A stretch of DNA of 59,571 nucleotides, filler included, from Catajapyx aquilonaris (Eukaryota): NCBI GenBank assembly GCA_000934665.2. It is 2 parts of 2 records of this genome, joined end to end, with 100 filler letters (N's around TTAATTAATTAA, not from the genome) between each part and the next. Parts side by side here need not be neighbours in the genome. Positions count along the whole stretch, not along the records: positions 1 to 29,662 come from JYFJ02004756.1; 1 more part is not named here. One strand, given 5' to 3'. This document shows, one piece after another, positions 12,201-24,582 of the stretch. A model generated the notes under the pieces. That model searched no databases. It was given only the letters and a program-made list of their open reading frames with translations, and was not told the origin of the DNA. Both the position numbers and the translations under genes were made by a program. Numbering within the stretch: the first letter of the stretch is position 1; the number at the start of each line of letters is the position of its first letter.

Positions 12201-15183
12201 TTTCTTACCTCACACATACATTGAAGGACTAGTGTACGGTATGTATAATGATACTGCAGGTCTGTGTGTATGATACCTCATCGACCAGTTTAAGAAGAAG
12301 AAACAATTATTACAATATGCTGTTAGTAGCCTACTGTTCTGATTGTTGCTATCAACAGGTTGCTTCGCTCTAAAGTGGTTACTGCAATAAACTGAGGACT
12401 TGAACAGTGCATAATTATCCTGTGTCATGATCAGTAGGTCTAAACACCTGCAGCCACAAATAAATTGTCGTTGACATATTGCTAAATATCTGAATATTCT
12501 GCATTGGGAATAGTGCTGGTCTTTTACAATGCGTGAAATAAAGTATGATGTATTTGGTGCCATTATAATAAGGTATGAAATGACTTCGCACTTTTTTCTT
12601 CACCCTGTACAGTACATGACCCAATAGTGGCGAATTCATCTTTGTCTGGGCGATAATTTCGGGCTATTGTTCCGCTTTGCACTTTGATTCACATTATGTT
12701 TCCATTGGTCACTACATGATAATAAACTGGTCACTGCACTGGTTGGTCGTCTTGTCCTGTCTTGAAGGAAGCGCTCTTATGTTAATTTAATATTTCCTGC
12801 TGTTTTCTCGTTTACTAGGCCTATACTGCCTTATTGATGTTAAATGCTTCCCCCTAGGCCTTTATATGCAATAAAATTGTGTCATAATTACACACCTAGA
12901 TATCATCAATTTCGATGGTCAGTTGTGTAGCCACCGGAAGAACAGGTATGAACAAGATGAATTCTGCCTACAGCAAAATACCCAAGTTGCAATGCCCCTC
13001 CTCCCATCCCCCCCTCCTTTTCAGCAAGGAGCTGAATGAACGCCAATGTCCTGAGCTCCACACGGAAACACAATCATATACTCAATGACCGCGAAAAACC
13101 GGAAAATCCTCAACGTTGCCAACCTTCAAGTGCCAACTTCAATTTTCATTTCAATAATTGCAATGTTACCGCATATCATATATTATGCTGCCTGATTTAT
13201 AACGTCACAGATTTTTTTTTAAAAAAAACTCTTTGGATTCCACAGTGTCTTGCAAGAAACTAAAAATTGGACATGCTGTCGAAAAACTCCGCATCTAGCG
13301 TCACGGTAAAATGCCCTGAAAGTATCACCTTCCTTATCACAGCCCCCTCTTCATTACCGTACTGTGTTTAACAACGAAGTCCATTATGGCGGTCGACCTA
13401 TAAACCCGCGGCACTTAAGAACCCGAACCGGTCACATGCGAACGGCCATATAACGCGATAAAACAGTGACAATCTGAGAACACCTTGGCGCATCGGAAGT
13501 TTCTGGCCTCCACCGCCAGAGGCAATATGAATCTTGTCCTGGGGCCCACTTGGGTTGGCGCCTCTTTCGCTGGGCCTTCGCAGCCCGCGGATTCCTTCCT
13601 TCCAGGCCCGACTGGAATGTCCCTTTTTATTAGTCCAATTACAGGCGGGATAGCTGGTGAACGCGACTGATTTATGGGGGCTAGGTCTGGAACTGCCTGC
13701 CTGACTGCATGGCTGGATGGTTCAGGTGATGTTGCTGCAGCTTGGTGGCAGAGCTTTCAAAATGGGGGACAGGCAAGGGGTTACCTACATGTATGTAAGT
13801 GCCGTGGTTACTCTCAGGTTAAAAGAGTCTGTGGGAGTTAGATGATTGCGATATGCCAATGGGGGTTACCAAGTAGCCATGTCCTTTACAATAAAATATT
13901 CTTGATATAAAGGTCTGTCTGGCAAGATAGGCAGAAAAGTATATGGAGTGATCCCTCGATTGCATTCTACTCAAAGCATTTCATGTGAATGGATAGAGCT
14001 GTCTGTATAGTACAGTGCCTGGTTATTCGAGGTAAAACATATGCTGTAGCACTTGCAGGAAACTTCTGATAAATATAGAGGTAAGAACTTCATGCATTAT
14101 GCTCTTGAGTTCAGTAAAATGCATCAGGTACTGGTGCTCTGTAGGACTAAGCTTACGCACTTGTTAAAAATTATTTATGTGTGAATCAAATTATAGAAAG
14201 AGATAGTTATGATAATTACGTGGGCTATACTTAAAATATTGGTTACCTGGACATACTTAAAGTTAAAAATTGGGACATGTTTTACTTACAGTCGGCCGCC
14301 TATACACCATGGTGCATATCATAATATTATAGTGCACTGATATGGTTTATGAAGTGTTTGTGAAAGTCGGTCGCTTAAAAAAAACACCCAAACGCTGTTA
14401 ACTTTTTGTCAGCTATTTTTCTTGAATATAAGGAGCCCTTCGTACAAGTTGAGTGCATCTACGAGTAGGCCTACACTCTTGACCTCTTTTGGCGTTATGA
14501 TTGATCATTTTATATTCACCAGTATTGTGATTTTGCATAAACCACAAAGCATATCTTTAAACATATATTCACTAGCGACAAGTCCTATTGGCCGATACAC
14601 CCCAATTTTGTACCAGTCTTGTAACAGGAATAAATATAAGCAATAAATAAAATATAAAGAAAAATTACTATTGTCCCAGCTTTGTTGGTAGCCTAATAAT
14701 GCTCAATTGCCTACATTTTAAAACTGTTATAGGACAATGGAAATTACTACTACTACTACTTCAGAAAAATGTAGGCTATCGATAATGCATGATATAGGCT
14801 TGTAAGGTCTTTTCGGGAATCTTTCATGTGACGACTTGATCCATGACCTAAAATAATGACGATTGGTTGTGAAAGTGAGAGGAAATAGGTGCTCCCTGCG
14901 TAAACGCAGGCGAATAAGGAGAGAACTAAATTCAAATATTTTCTACGTGATAAGCTACGTTCCATCCGGGTATCGAGTTCAGGACATTACAGGAGGTATA
15001 TGATATTATTATGGCAGAGACCTAAACCACTTACACCAGTGCAGTGCCAGGGTAAAGTACAACAAATAAGTTAGTTAAAAATGTGTACTTCCTGCATTTC
15101 TCGCACAGACAGAGAGTCAGTTTGAAAATACTGTACTAATTCATGCTCATTTTCTCGTGGTAAAATATTAACTAGTAGTCCAC

Positions 15184-15186
<3 letters not shown>

Positions 15187-15270
<84 letters not shown>
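15187..15270 (+). repeat. (AAT)n microsatellite
   Basis: Perfect trinucleotide run read directly. Confidence 0.98.
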
Positions 15271-15415
15271 CCTGGGGGTAGTGCTTTCACCCTATATAGG
15301 GTTTATCGCACGGACATTTATTTTAGACGGCTCGTACATGGTAGGCCTACCTATAATTTTAATGTAAGCCCCCCCCCCCTATGATGTAATATACCTCGCT
15401 GGGTGGTGGTTAATA

Positions 15416-15487
<72 letters not shown>

Positions 15488-15736
15488 ATGCAAGCCCGGG
15501 CCCACGGGCAGGGTGACAGGAGGGGATGTGGAAAGTGCAGTGGAATGTCGGTGCTGTGGTCATTTTGTGAACTCCCCCGGGTGGTTTGTCTAACAGAGAT
15601 ACCACCCGAGACGAAGCCAGAGACGACCTCTAACAAACTATGCACGAGATGAAGGGGGGAACCCCGGGAGGGATTTGATCCCGGTACCTTAACATCCATG
15701 GGCGCATAGGTTACCGCAGCGCCACTTCGCTTCCCT
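15188..15736 (-). mobile_element. tRNA-derived SINE with an internal (AAT)n tract and terminal (ATT)n tail
   Basis: A box TGGCGCTGCGG and B-box-like GGATCAAATCC at the right end; 15-bp TSD TAGTAGTCCACTATA at 15173-15187 and 15737-15751. Confidence 0.85.
15418..15486 (+). repeat. (TTA)n microsatellite
   Basis: Perfect trinucleotide run, inverted relative to the preceding one. Confidence 0.98.
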
Positions 15737-16918
15737 TAGTAGTCCACTATAGTGTATAATTATAGTATCTGATAGTATCTACTTTATCACCGGTATCATT
15801 GTGAGAAAGGTAATACAATAATCTTACAGGCTCATTAATAAATGTGTATAATATTGTACTGCAAATTATAATTATTCAATTATTCTAATCAATATGTTAG
15901 TAATGCTATTGATGATTTTGGCTTGTCAAAATACATTTGAAACTGCAAGACACTCTCCTTGTAAAATCATAATTATAAATAGTCGCTCTCAACAGTCATC
16001 AAACAAGCGGCAATTGAAGGGATAATCATACCGGCTTTCCGCTGATTCACGAGTGTCCGAACCCCAGAATATTACCACCAGCCGGACTTGAAGAGAACTT
16101 GTTCCAATGTGCTCTCACAATGCAGACTTGGGGACCCGCACCGAAGCTCGAGACGTCCAGTCATAATTGCATTATGTGCATTCAAAAATGGCCTCATCTC
16201 GTGACTCAGCATTCCGGTGGACAGCCGCTCATTTCATTGATTTGTGAGTCGTGACGGAGCTAGAGGGAGGGAAGAGAGAGAGAGAGAAGAAGAAGAAGGA
16301 GAAGGAGAAGAAGAGACGTGAAGAGAGAAAGAAGTCCCCGATTTTCCTTCTAATAAGAGAGGGAAATGCGGTGGCAAGTTTGGAGGCGACCTTGACCTTC
16401 CCATTCTTAGGAATCAATCTCGAGTGGCAGTCTTCCTTGGCCAAATACCACCTCATTAGTCGAGCGGTCGGTCGGTCGGGCAAATTCCACCGACGGGCAA
16501 TTATAAGGCGGCCTAGGGGCATATGCATGTCACTTTATCAACCCAAACCACTACATCCTGATGCTCCGACATGATAAGGTGCACTCGCTCCATCCGCCAT
16601 GCCATTTGTCTCTCTATTTGCTGGGCCTCCAGCTAGCTAGCTGCCCCTCTTCTTTTCATTGCTGTCCTCTTCCCCTCTGCTCTTAACCCGTCTGGGGATT
16701 AGGTGACTATGGTGATTTTCTATTTTATCATTTAAATTAATTAGCAGGTAGGTCTAAGGATCCGACAACACTAATATTTAAATTATTTTTAATAATTTTT
16801 CACATTTTCTGCACTTACATGTCACTCAGCGCTTTCAACTGACATACTGCAATGTTTAATATTTTTGTAGATTTGATAAATAATTTACACTGTATACTGG
16901 CTAAAAATTCACTAGGAC

Positions 16919-16964
16919 TGAGCAACCTGTTTCCATATTTATAAATATGGAAACAGGTTGCTCA
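16919..16964. repeat. Perfect 46-bp palindrome
   Basis: TGAGCAACCTGTTTCCATATTTATAAATATGGAAACAGGTTGCTCA equals its own reverse complement. Confidence 0.95.
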
Positions 16965-19900
16965 AAAGAAGAGGGTCCTGTTGCAAATAAGTTATAAGAA
17001 GAACGTGAAAATCATTCCATGCAGGGAACTCTAAAGTATAAACCTATTATTTTAACATGCAATTTTAATGCAGAATGGAACCTTCCATTAGTGAAAATGA
17101 ATTCGGGTCAGAACTGAGGACTAGCAAGTGGAGGTCATACAAAGCATGAGAGAAAACATGGAAGCGAAGCCACAGGAGGCGCCACGATACACGTGATCGT
17201 TCCCAGGGAACAGAAGCGTCGCCGATTCTGTATTCCACAACTGGACTTGACCAAATTAGCCATCCATCATGGGGTTCCGCCAGACCTTTGCTCACAGGTG
17301 GTACCTTCACTAATCTTGCTCTCATACGCCCTTCTTGCCACGACTTCTTGGAAGTATTCTCCCATTGCCCAACTGATACAAAAATTATTACTGAGACTTG
17401 AAAACGATTAAGAAAACAGTTGCTATCTGCTGGGGAAATCTAAAAAAGGAAAGGAACCAAAATCCTATCGGGGCAGGGACACCCGTGTGCAAACCCCTTT
17501 ACTCTAGGTTATTAGCGTGCCGAAAGTGAGCAGGAATGCAGGATGTTCTCTGGCTGTGTAGAGGCACAGGACAAGTTCAGTGAAGCCATGAGTCAGGGTG
17601 CAACGATCAGGAGAAACAAGTCAGAGCTTGTTCTGCGATGACGTGATGTAGAGCCTGGGAAAACTTAAGCTATACATCTAAGCTCCTAATCGACGTTTTA
17701 AAAAGAATTCGACAAGTTTAAGTCGAACAAGACATATTTGTCCTGCCGTCATCTAAAAGAAAACGAATAAATTCAGCCCCTTTCTTGGTGTTATAAAGCG
17801 ATACATAGATGAAGGGGTCCATATTTCGACCATGCGCCTAATTCCGACCACCATGCTATCTCCGTGGTAACGTGTTGCAAATTGCCGGTGATAGTGGTAA
17901 AATGTCACAATGACGGAATTGGTGAGCTGACGGCACTTATATGCGAACATCCGTGTATTGTGCAACCTTTGACACCAGTTTGTTTCTAAGCGCATGATGG
18001 ACTGCAGCCATCATTTCCCACCAATTAAGCTATGCTATTCAATAATTTATTTTAGCCTATGATGTTGCTTACACTGTTTATTTTCATGTTTTAAAGTAGC
18101 GACATCGTGCTGCAACTTGTCGATGTGAACCAGCAGCCACAGTAGAAAGTTGTCTTGTTACTAATTTCGGCTTCTTAGGCGTTCCTAATTTCGACCTACA
18201 GTACTATCATGCTCATTGTGACAGTTCCATTTATTTCGCGGAAACTCAAGAAAGAAGTCACAGAAAACGTTTGTGCATATGTACTACCTGCTGTTAAAAC
18301 GTTCTCGTATGATTGTATTGATCAAGTCATTATTCAACGGCATAGTTTTTTTTTTCAAATAGGGAACACTTTTCATTTTCATCATGCAGATAAACCAGTT
18401 TTCATTGTATTGTTATTAATCAAGCATTTTAAAGCAGTCACAAATTTAGAAATGTTTTTTACGCCTTTCCTCCCATTAAAACGCAGGTGCCGAAATTAGG
18501 AACCCTTTTTTGAAACTAAAAAATGGGTGCTTTCACTTTTTCAATTTTGTGCTTTTTCCTAAATTAAAAAAAAATCATTGCGGGACCTAGTAACTTATAG
18601 GTAAATGTTCAATGTATTAACATTCACTTTCCTTACATTGCTGCTTTCAGCCATTTTATAACAAGAAGAAAACAACGTAAGGGTGTCGAAATTTGAGCCC
18701 CTTACCCTAATGGGTAAAATTCACGTGCTGGCCCCGCGATATGCGGTCATATTTGGGAAGTAGTGTCCATGACCTTAAGCTAAAGTCAGGTTGACCGGTT
18801 ATTGGTAAGCCAGTCTGGTGAACCGACGGCCAAACCGTCGTTGCTGGCCCAGACGGGGGCAAAACAGCTTCTCCACCAGCCGAAACAAGCCGGGGTCTAA
18901 TTATTGCTTTCCGAAAATGAAAGATAAAAAAGGGTTCCGACCCCCCTTTATTACCCCAGCGGGCCATCAATCACACACTTGGGGAACACTTCTTAACTGA
19001 CCCAATTTTTAAAAAACCCAACACCATGCAAGTCTGCATGTGAACCTCACATTGTTGAGAGGTCGAAGGGAAGGGGGGGGGGGGNGGGAAGGCCATCAGG
19101 TTAACCTCCCCTGTATATTACGCCCCCACTCGTTCCACCTCCAACTCAATTTCCATCTAACTAACCTGACCTTTAATTGGTTCGAGATCCACGAACGATC
19201 GTGTTGTGGCTTCTCTGCCGGGACACGGTTTTTGGGGTGGTGGAAGGAGGGGTGGGGTAAGGTAGTTGGTGGGGTAAGGTAGATGGTGAGGTAAGGTAGG
19301 TGGTGGGGTAAGGAGGGGAGAGTTTCTATTTGTGCCCCCAACAGCCTCCTACCCTTCACTCCCACACCCTGTTGGAAGTTGCGGAGACTGGAGCCTTGGT
19401 TTCCATCACGATTGTTGTTATATGCCCCAGTTTTGGGGCATGACCAGAAGTCGGATAAAGTTGATCTCCCTCGGAGGCTGCGTGATCGGATAGAATTATT
19501 TGGAGAAATCGACGTTCTGGTTGACAGGGTAGGGAAAATGGGCCATTTTGCTTTGTGTTGCGGGGGGAGTTGGAACCAGGAAAAAGTGTGGTGAGTTCCT
19601 CTAATAGGCGGTTGCGAGTTAATAGTGGGCACAGAGGGCATCGGTGAAACAATGGAGCACAGGATCAAACCCAATCGAGAATGAGAAACGCTCACCCGGG
19701 AAGAACGATCAAAATTCTGATCCTCCCTTTCCATCTATTCTCCATTCAGATTTAATGCTCAAAATAATATCCTGGTACATGTTATTCTCCAGTGTCTTCA
19801 GTGTGAGCTTAAACATCTATGACAGCTGGAATAACTACCTTGCATCGGAGTACCGGTACCGAGCAGTCTGCACAAGTGTGAACATCACGATTCTCCCCGA

Positions 19901-22900
19901 AATATCGGACCAGCTAGCTAGCATAACTGCACTCTGATCCATCATCCCGAAGTACCACGTGGTCTGAAATTTTTGGGGGAAAAGGGCTGCCACATTCCTC
20001 GCCAAGGTAATCAGGAGTCAGGAGCAGCGAATGAATATTCGTGTCTTCGTGTCTTCGAAGGAAGAAGTGGTATGCGCCCAACTTTAGGATCCTCCTCCTC
20101 CTCCTCCTCCTCCTACCAACCTCCCAGCTCCTTCTCCCCCCTTCAAAAAATTAAGAAATACGAGCCCCACCACATTCTCCAGAAAGAAACCTGTATATAC
20201 AGCCCTTCTTTTATGTGGGGTTGTGCGGTATTTCCTGGAAATACCCAGCATGCTCTGCTACTTCATGGGAGCGGTGTCGTGAGCTTTTTCGTCATTTATA
20301 CGCAGCGCAGGAGAATTTGGAGTGCTCTAATGAGTCATGTTTATTAGAGTGAACTTTTCACGTAGTAAAAAAAGTTCTGCTGAAGTTAATGCGTAAATTT
20401 CTGCCGAAATATTTTTTTCTGTATTCCATTGACCTTTCCCCTAATGAACTTTGCTACCTGCTCTCACGCCCCTTACCACAGCCTTTCTCTTAGCCGCTCC
20501 ACCCATTCTCCTGTGATCTTGCCTAGCCCAATAGAGTAGCAAGAGCCGCTCCATTTCTTAATATTTTTTCATTGTGGTTCACACGCCACCTTCGAATATA
20601 TCTAGACCGGCAAGCGGATGCAACCACATACTGGTAATACAAATGATAAAAAAGTCATAAATAAATAAAACATCCAACGGTACATGTATAACCTACTCGT
20701 GACCATTGAATGAAGGAACCCACACGTAACTAGTGGAGGTTTCTACTCACGTACCATTGAAGCAAGAGACCTTGCAGTCACCTCTGAAGCTGACTGCAAG
20801 TCACTATGCAGAACCTGATCCCTTCTTTTCCCCTTCCCCCCTTCCGTGGACTAATCTCTGTCCGTTTCTCATGGGGGCACGTCATAGCATAACATTGTCG
20901 TCGTTTATTCTTGTGGCTAAACAAAAAAATAACGTAGGAGATTGGTTCAAAATGGAAATTTGGAAATATTCAATTAGAAGTCACGTCTTTTTTCCCTTTA
21001 TATTTTGGTGAGGAATGAGGGAGGAGTGAAATTGAGCGCTGCAGGATGTCACGTGCTTTATGGTATAGAACAAGACGGAGGAACTTAACCTCCTTTTATC
21101 GGGAGAATAAATATGATATGAAATGGTTATTGCTCTTAAGTTGGGGTAGAATTACAGGGTATGATTAATTGATCCGTGATGTATGAAGCTGCTTGAGTTG
21201 TCATATCATTACCAGCTCAGCTCCCGCTAAGAATAAAACAGGTTTCGGAAGGACTGACGGCTCCATGAGTAAGTGAGTCGGTTATCAATCATTGTTTTCA
21301 TCTATGGAACTAATGCACTCGTACATTTAATTTGGAAACTCTGATTTGTAGTACAAACCATTCTTCAGCCTCTTGGATAATGATTCATTAATCTCTATTG
21401 GTACGTAATTATTCACGTTTTTTTTCTTGGATTGTTGGGTGGTCTGATACAGATTAGGCCAATCATTGCTCGACAAACAGCGTGACACCTGGTCTGGTCA
21501 CTATAAGAATGACAAATGCGAAGAGATAATTCTTTCCTAGCCTCTAATACGGTATCATAAAGTAATCAGACGGAGAAATAATCGCCTAGCCGAGCTATTT
21601 TTTGCACTGTGCGCAATTGTTCAAATTAAAATTTAAATATATCAGCAATAACTAATACATTTCTACATAGCTACTATGGATCATCAGCATTTTTTTGGAA
21701 AAATTAGACCTACATAATAATATTTCAACAATAATATAATATTAATTGGCATAAGTGTGGATGTACTGTACTAGTAGTGTACACTGTTGTCTACTTGGTA
21801 GTAGTGAAGTAAATATGTATAATACACTGTAACAAGTTTCACTACTAGTTAGTGTCTGTAGTATTATTAATTTTGTTACTGTGGCTACATATTTAAAACG
21901 ACTGAATTTTAATTAAGGTGCAGTAAATTGCCAATAATATAAAAAGTTATGCACTATAATTTCAAATCCTATCAATTGCAGCTGAACATTGATAAAGACA
22001 ACTCTTCATATGTATATTACTCATGATAATTATTATGAAGTAATTTATATTTATAAAATGACAGATTCAAGGCGCAAAATCCAGCACTTTAGAGACAATC
22101 AACTTAATTCTTATTCTGCCGAAAGCATCATGGCTAGGTGCAAAATTCCTGTCGAAATGCATGTTACTAGTTACACAACTGCCTACTAACAAACTGGTTT
22201 TACTTGTAATAGATAGGGTATAGCCACATTTTCATTTCTGTTGCGATACTATTGCATCTCGACTCATCTTCATTTAGCTTTCACAGTTTCACTCGTCAAT
22301 GACCTAATCAAAACACCATTTCTCCTAGTAGAAAGAGTAGTTGTAATCGAGGTTTGGAAAAGCCAGAGGGAAGCAATGATGGGCCGGTTTGGCAAACTTC
22401 TTTTGCACGCCGTGTAGTGGAGCTGCTTCAGTGAGAAATGGGGGGTTTAATGGCTTGCATATCGCGGAGGTCTGGCTGAGGTTTTACCGCGGAATGCTTG
22501 AAAAAAGGTCTATGAAATTTTAAGATACATTGTCATTATTCCCCGTCTCACAAAAAAAAGTGTCTGGCTGGAGTAGAATATATTAGAAGGTGGGAACAGT
22601 ATTGTGAAAACCTTTCGCTTCTGTGTGGAATTGTATACTAATGTGTTAAAAAGGACCACAACATGAAAATTGCGTTACAGACCTGCTTCAAGGCCAATTA
22701 CAACTTTACAAGTGACTAATCACCAAGTCTACTTTATAGCCAGGTCTGAAGAGAAAAGCTGCGGATTTCTCAATCCTTGTCATCAAATTTAAAATAACCG
22801 AACAATATAAATAGACTTCCTCCATGTGGATATGAAGTCAGGTAATCAGTTTGTCTCCCATTTGTCAGTACACTATATACTACTTTGCAATAAAACAGTG

Positions 22901-23142
22901 GACCACGGCCACTAGAAGGAAAAGGGATTTATAGTAGACTCTTTTCCTCAACAGGCCGTACACTGGACCTTCTATAATATAATTATCTAGACCAAGATCT
23001 AGACCTACTGCTGGTCGAGTTTCCCTGTGGTGAGTAAATGGCCCTGTATTGTTTTGAGGTCAGTCGAAATAAATGCACTGTACGAATACTGCGTAAAGGA
23101 TTATCCTTAAAAATAATTGCTACAAATATATACCGCGGTATT

Positions 23143-23355
23143 ACCGAAGCAGTTTGGAGTAGGGGATATGGTGTCCGACTGCTAATCGGGAGGTCCTGGG
23201 ATCAAATCCCGGGGCCGGCAACTCTGACCGTGGTTTTCTGTGGTTTCCCACGGTCCTTCCAGGAAAATTCCGGAGTTGCTTCCGTAATTAATAGGCCACA
23301 GCCGCTTCCTTCCGTCCCTATCATATCCCATTATTATTATTTTTATTTTTATTAT
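23143..23355 (+). mobile_element. tRNA-derived SINE of an insect type
   Basis: Degenerate tRNA head (B-box-like GGATCAAATCC); body GGTTTTCTGTGGTTTCCC...CAGGAAAATTCCGG...AGGCCACAGCCGCTTCCTTCC; (ATT)n tail; CGGTATTAC on both flanks as a probable TSD. Confidence 0.8.
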
Positions 23356-23976
23356 ACGGTATTACTTCGAAACCATTTACTTTTGGTTGTATTTCATACA
23401 AAGCAAGGCCCGTACTGTTAATACGGTACTAATAGTCTACATAACAATAATATTACAGTATATTTAGCCAATTGTAACAAATAAAGGCTTATTACGACTC
23501 TGTAGCGTTTTTTGGCGAAATATTATGTAAAATTTAGCAAATTAGAAAAGAACTTATTAAATCACCTCTAAATTAAGTACAGTACAGTGCTAAATTTTCT
23601 GTTTTTATCTCATTGGTAGTTAAACTATATCAATAAGTCTATCAAGAACATTTTCTGCTGACAAAAGGCTATAACCCATTTTCACCATCTGAGGGAATGT
23701 ATGATTTGAAAATATTTATATTATTGCGAAGATTAATAAACAAACTACGAGGTTTGATGACGTCAGGAGCTTTCTGAGCTTTGACAGAGGCTATTGTAAT
23801 ATGGATTGATTCCTAAGTTCCGCAATATATACATTACATCATTAATAGGGAATATTTAGTATTACCATGTTTTTGGATAATATTTTCGACGTAAAATACC
23901 CAGCATGAACAGCTTTCCTGTCAAATCGCTACCATTTCGCTTCCAGACCTGGATTATACCCATCCTTAGCTATATA

Positions 23977-24582
23977 CAGTAAAACTTCTATAAGTCGAAT
24001 ATCCATGGGACCGGAAAAAAACTTCGAGTTATAGAAGATTCGAGTTAGAGAAGTTTGGCTTTTTTTAAGCACAGAACTCTACAAGGAAGCCTACCTTTAT
24101 ATCCAGCGACGAAAGGTGTTCAAAACTTAAAAATAACTGTCACTATCACACTTACAATGTTCCTCATTGTTTAGTTTTAAAAAAATCTCCATTATGGACA
24201 TTTGGCCTTTACTCTTAGATTCAAGGATTCAATTGTCACAATAGGGTCAAACACTTCTTTCGGTACGTCTGGTAGACGGAGATCAGGAAATTGAGTCTTT
24301 CTATGCATGTGGCCTACTCTCCACCCTTCGCTTCGATGGGAAATGAGAAAATTTTCCGTACTCGCCAACATGAATTTCGACTTAGAGAGACTGAAAATTC
24401 ATTGATATCCCATCGTTAGGCCCTGCCAGCACCTCGAGTTATGGAGAACTTCGAGTTATAGAAATTCGAGTAAGGGAAGTTTATTTCCTCTCATTTGACA
24501 TTGTGACCAACCAAGCTCATCATTTTATTCGACTTAAAGAGAATTTCGACTTAGGGAAGTTCGACTTATAGAAGTTTTACTT
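23977..24582. mobile_element. pogo/Tigger-like MITE
   Basis: TA|CAGTAAAACTTCTATAAGTCGAA...TTCGACTTATAGAAGTTTTACT; repeated TTCGAGTTATAGAA subterminal motifs. Confidence 0.85.

Noticed and set aside
15351..15605. Poly-Asn ORF
   Set aside because: Translation of the (AAT)n microsatellite inside a SINE.
19096..19734. 212-aa minus-strand ORF
   Set aside because: No recognisable domain or clear splice context; overlaps low-complexity G/C tracts.
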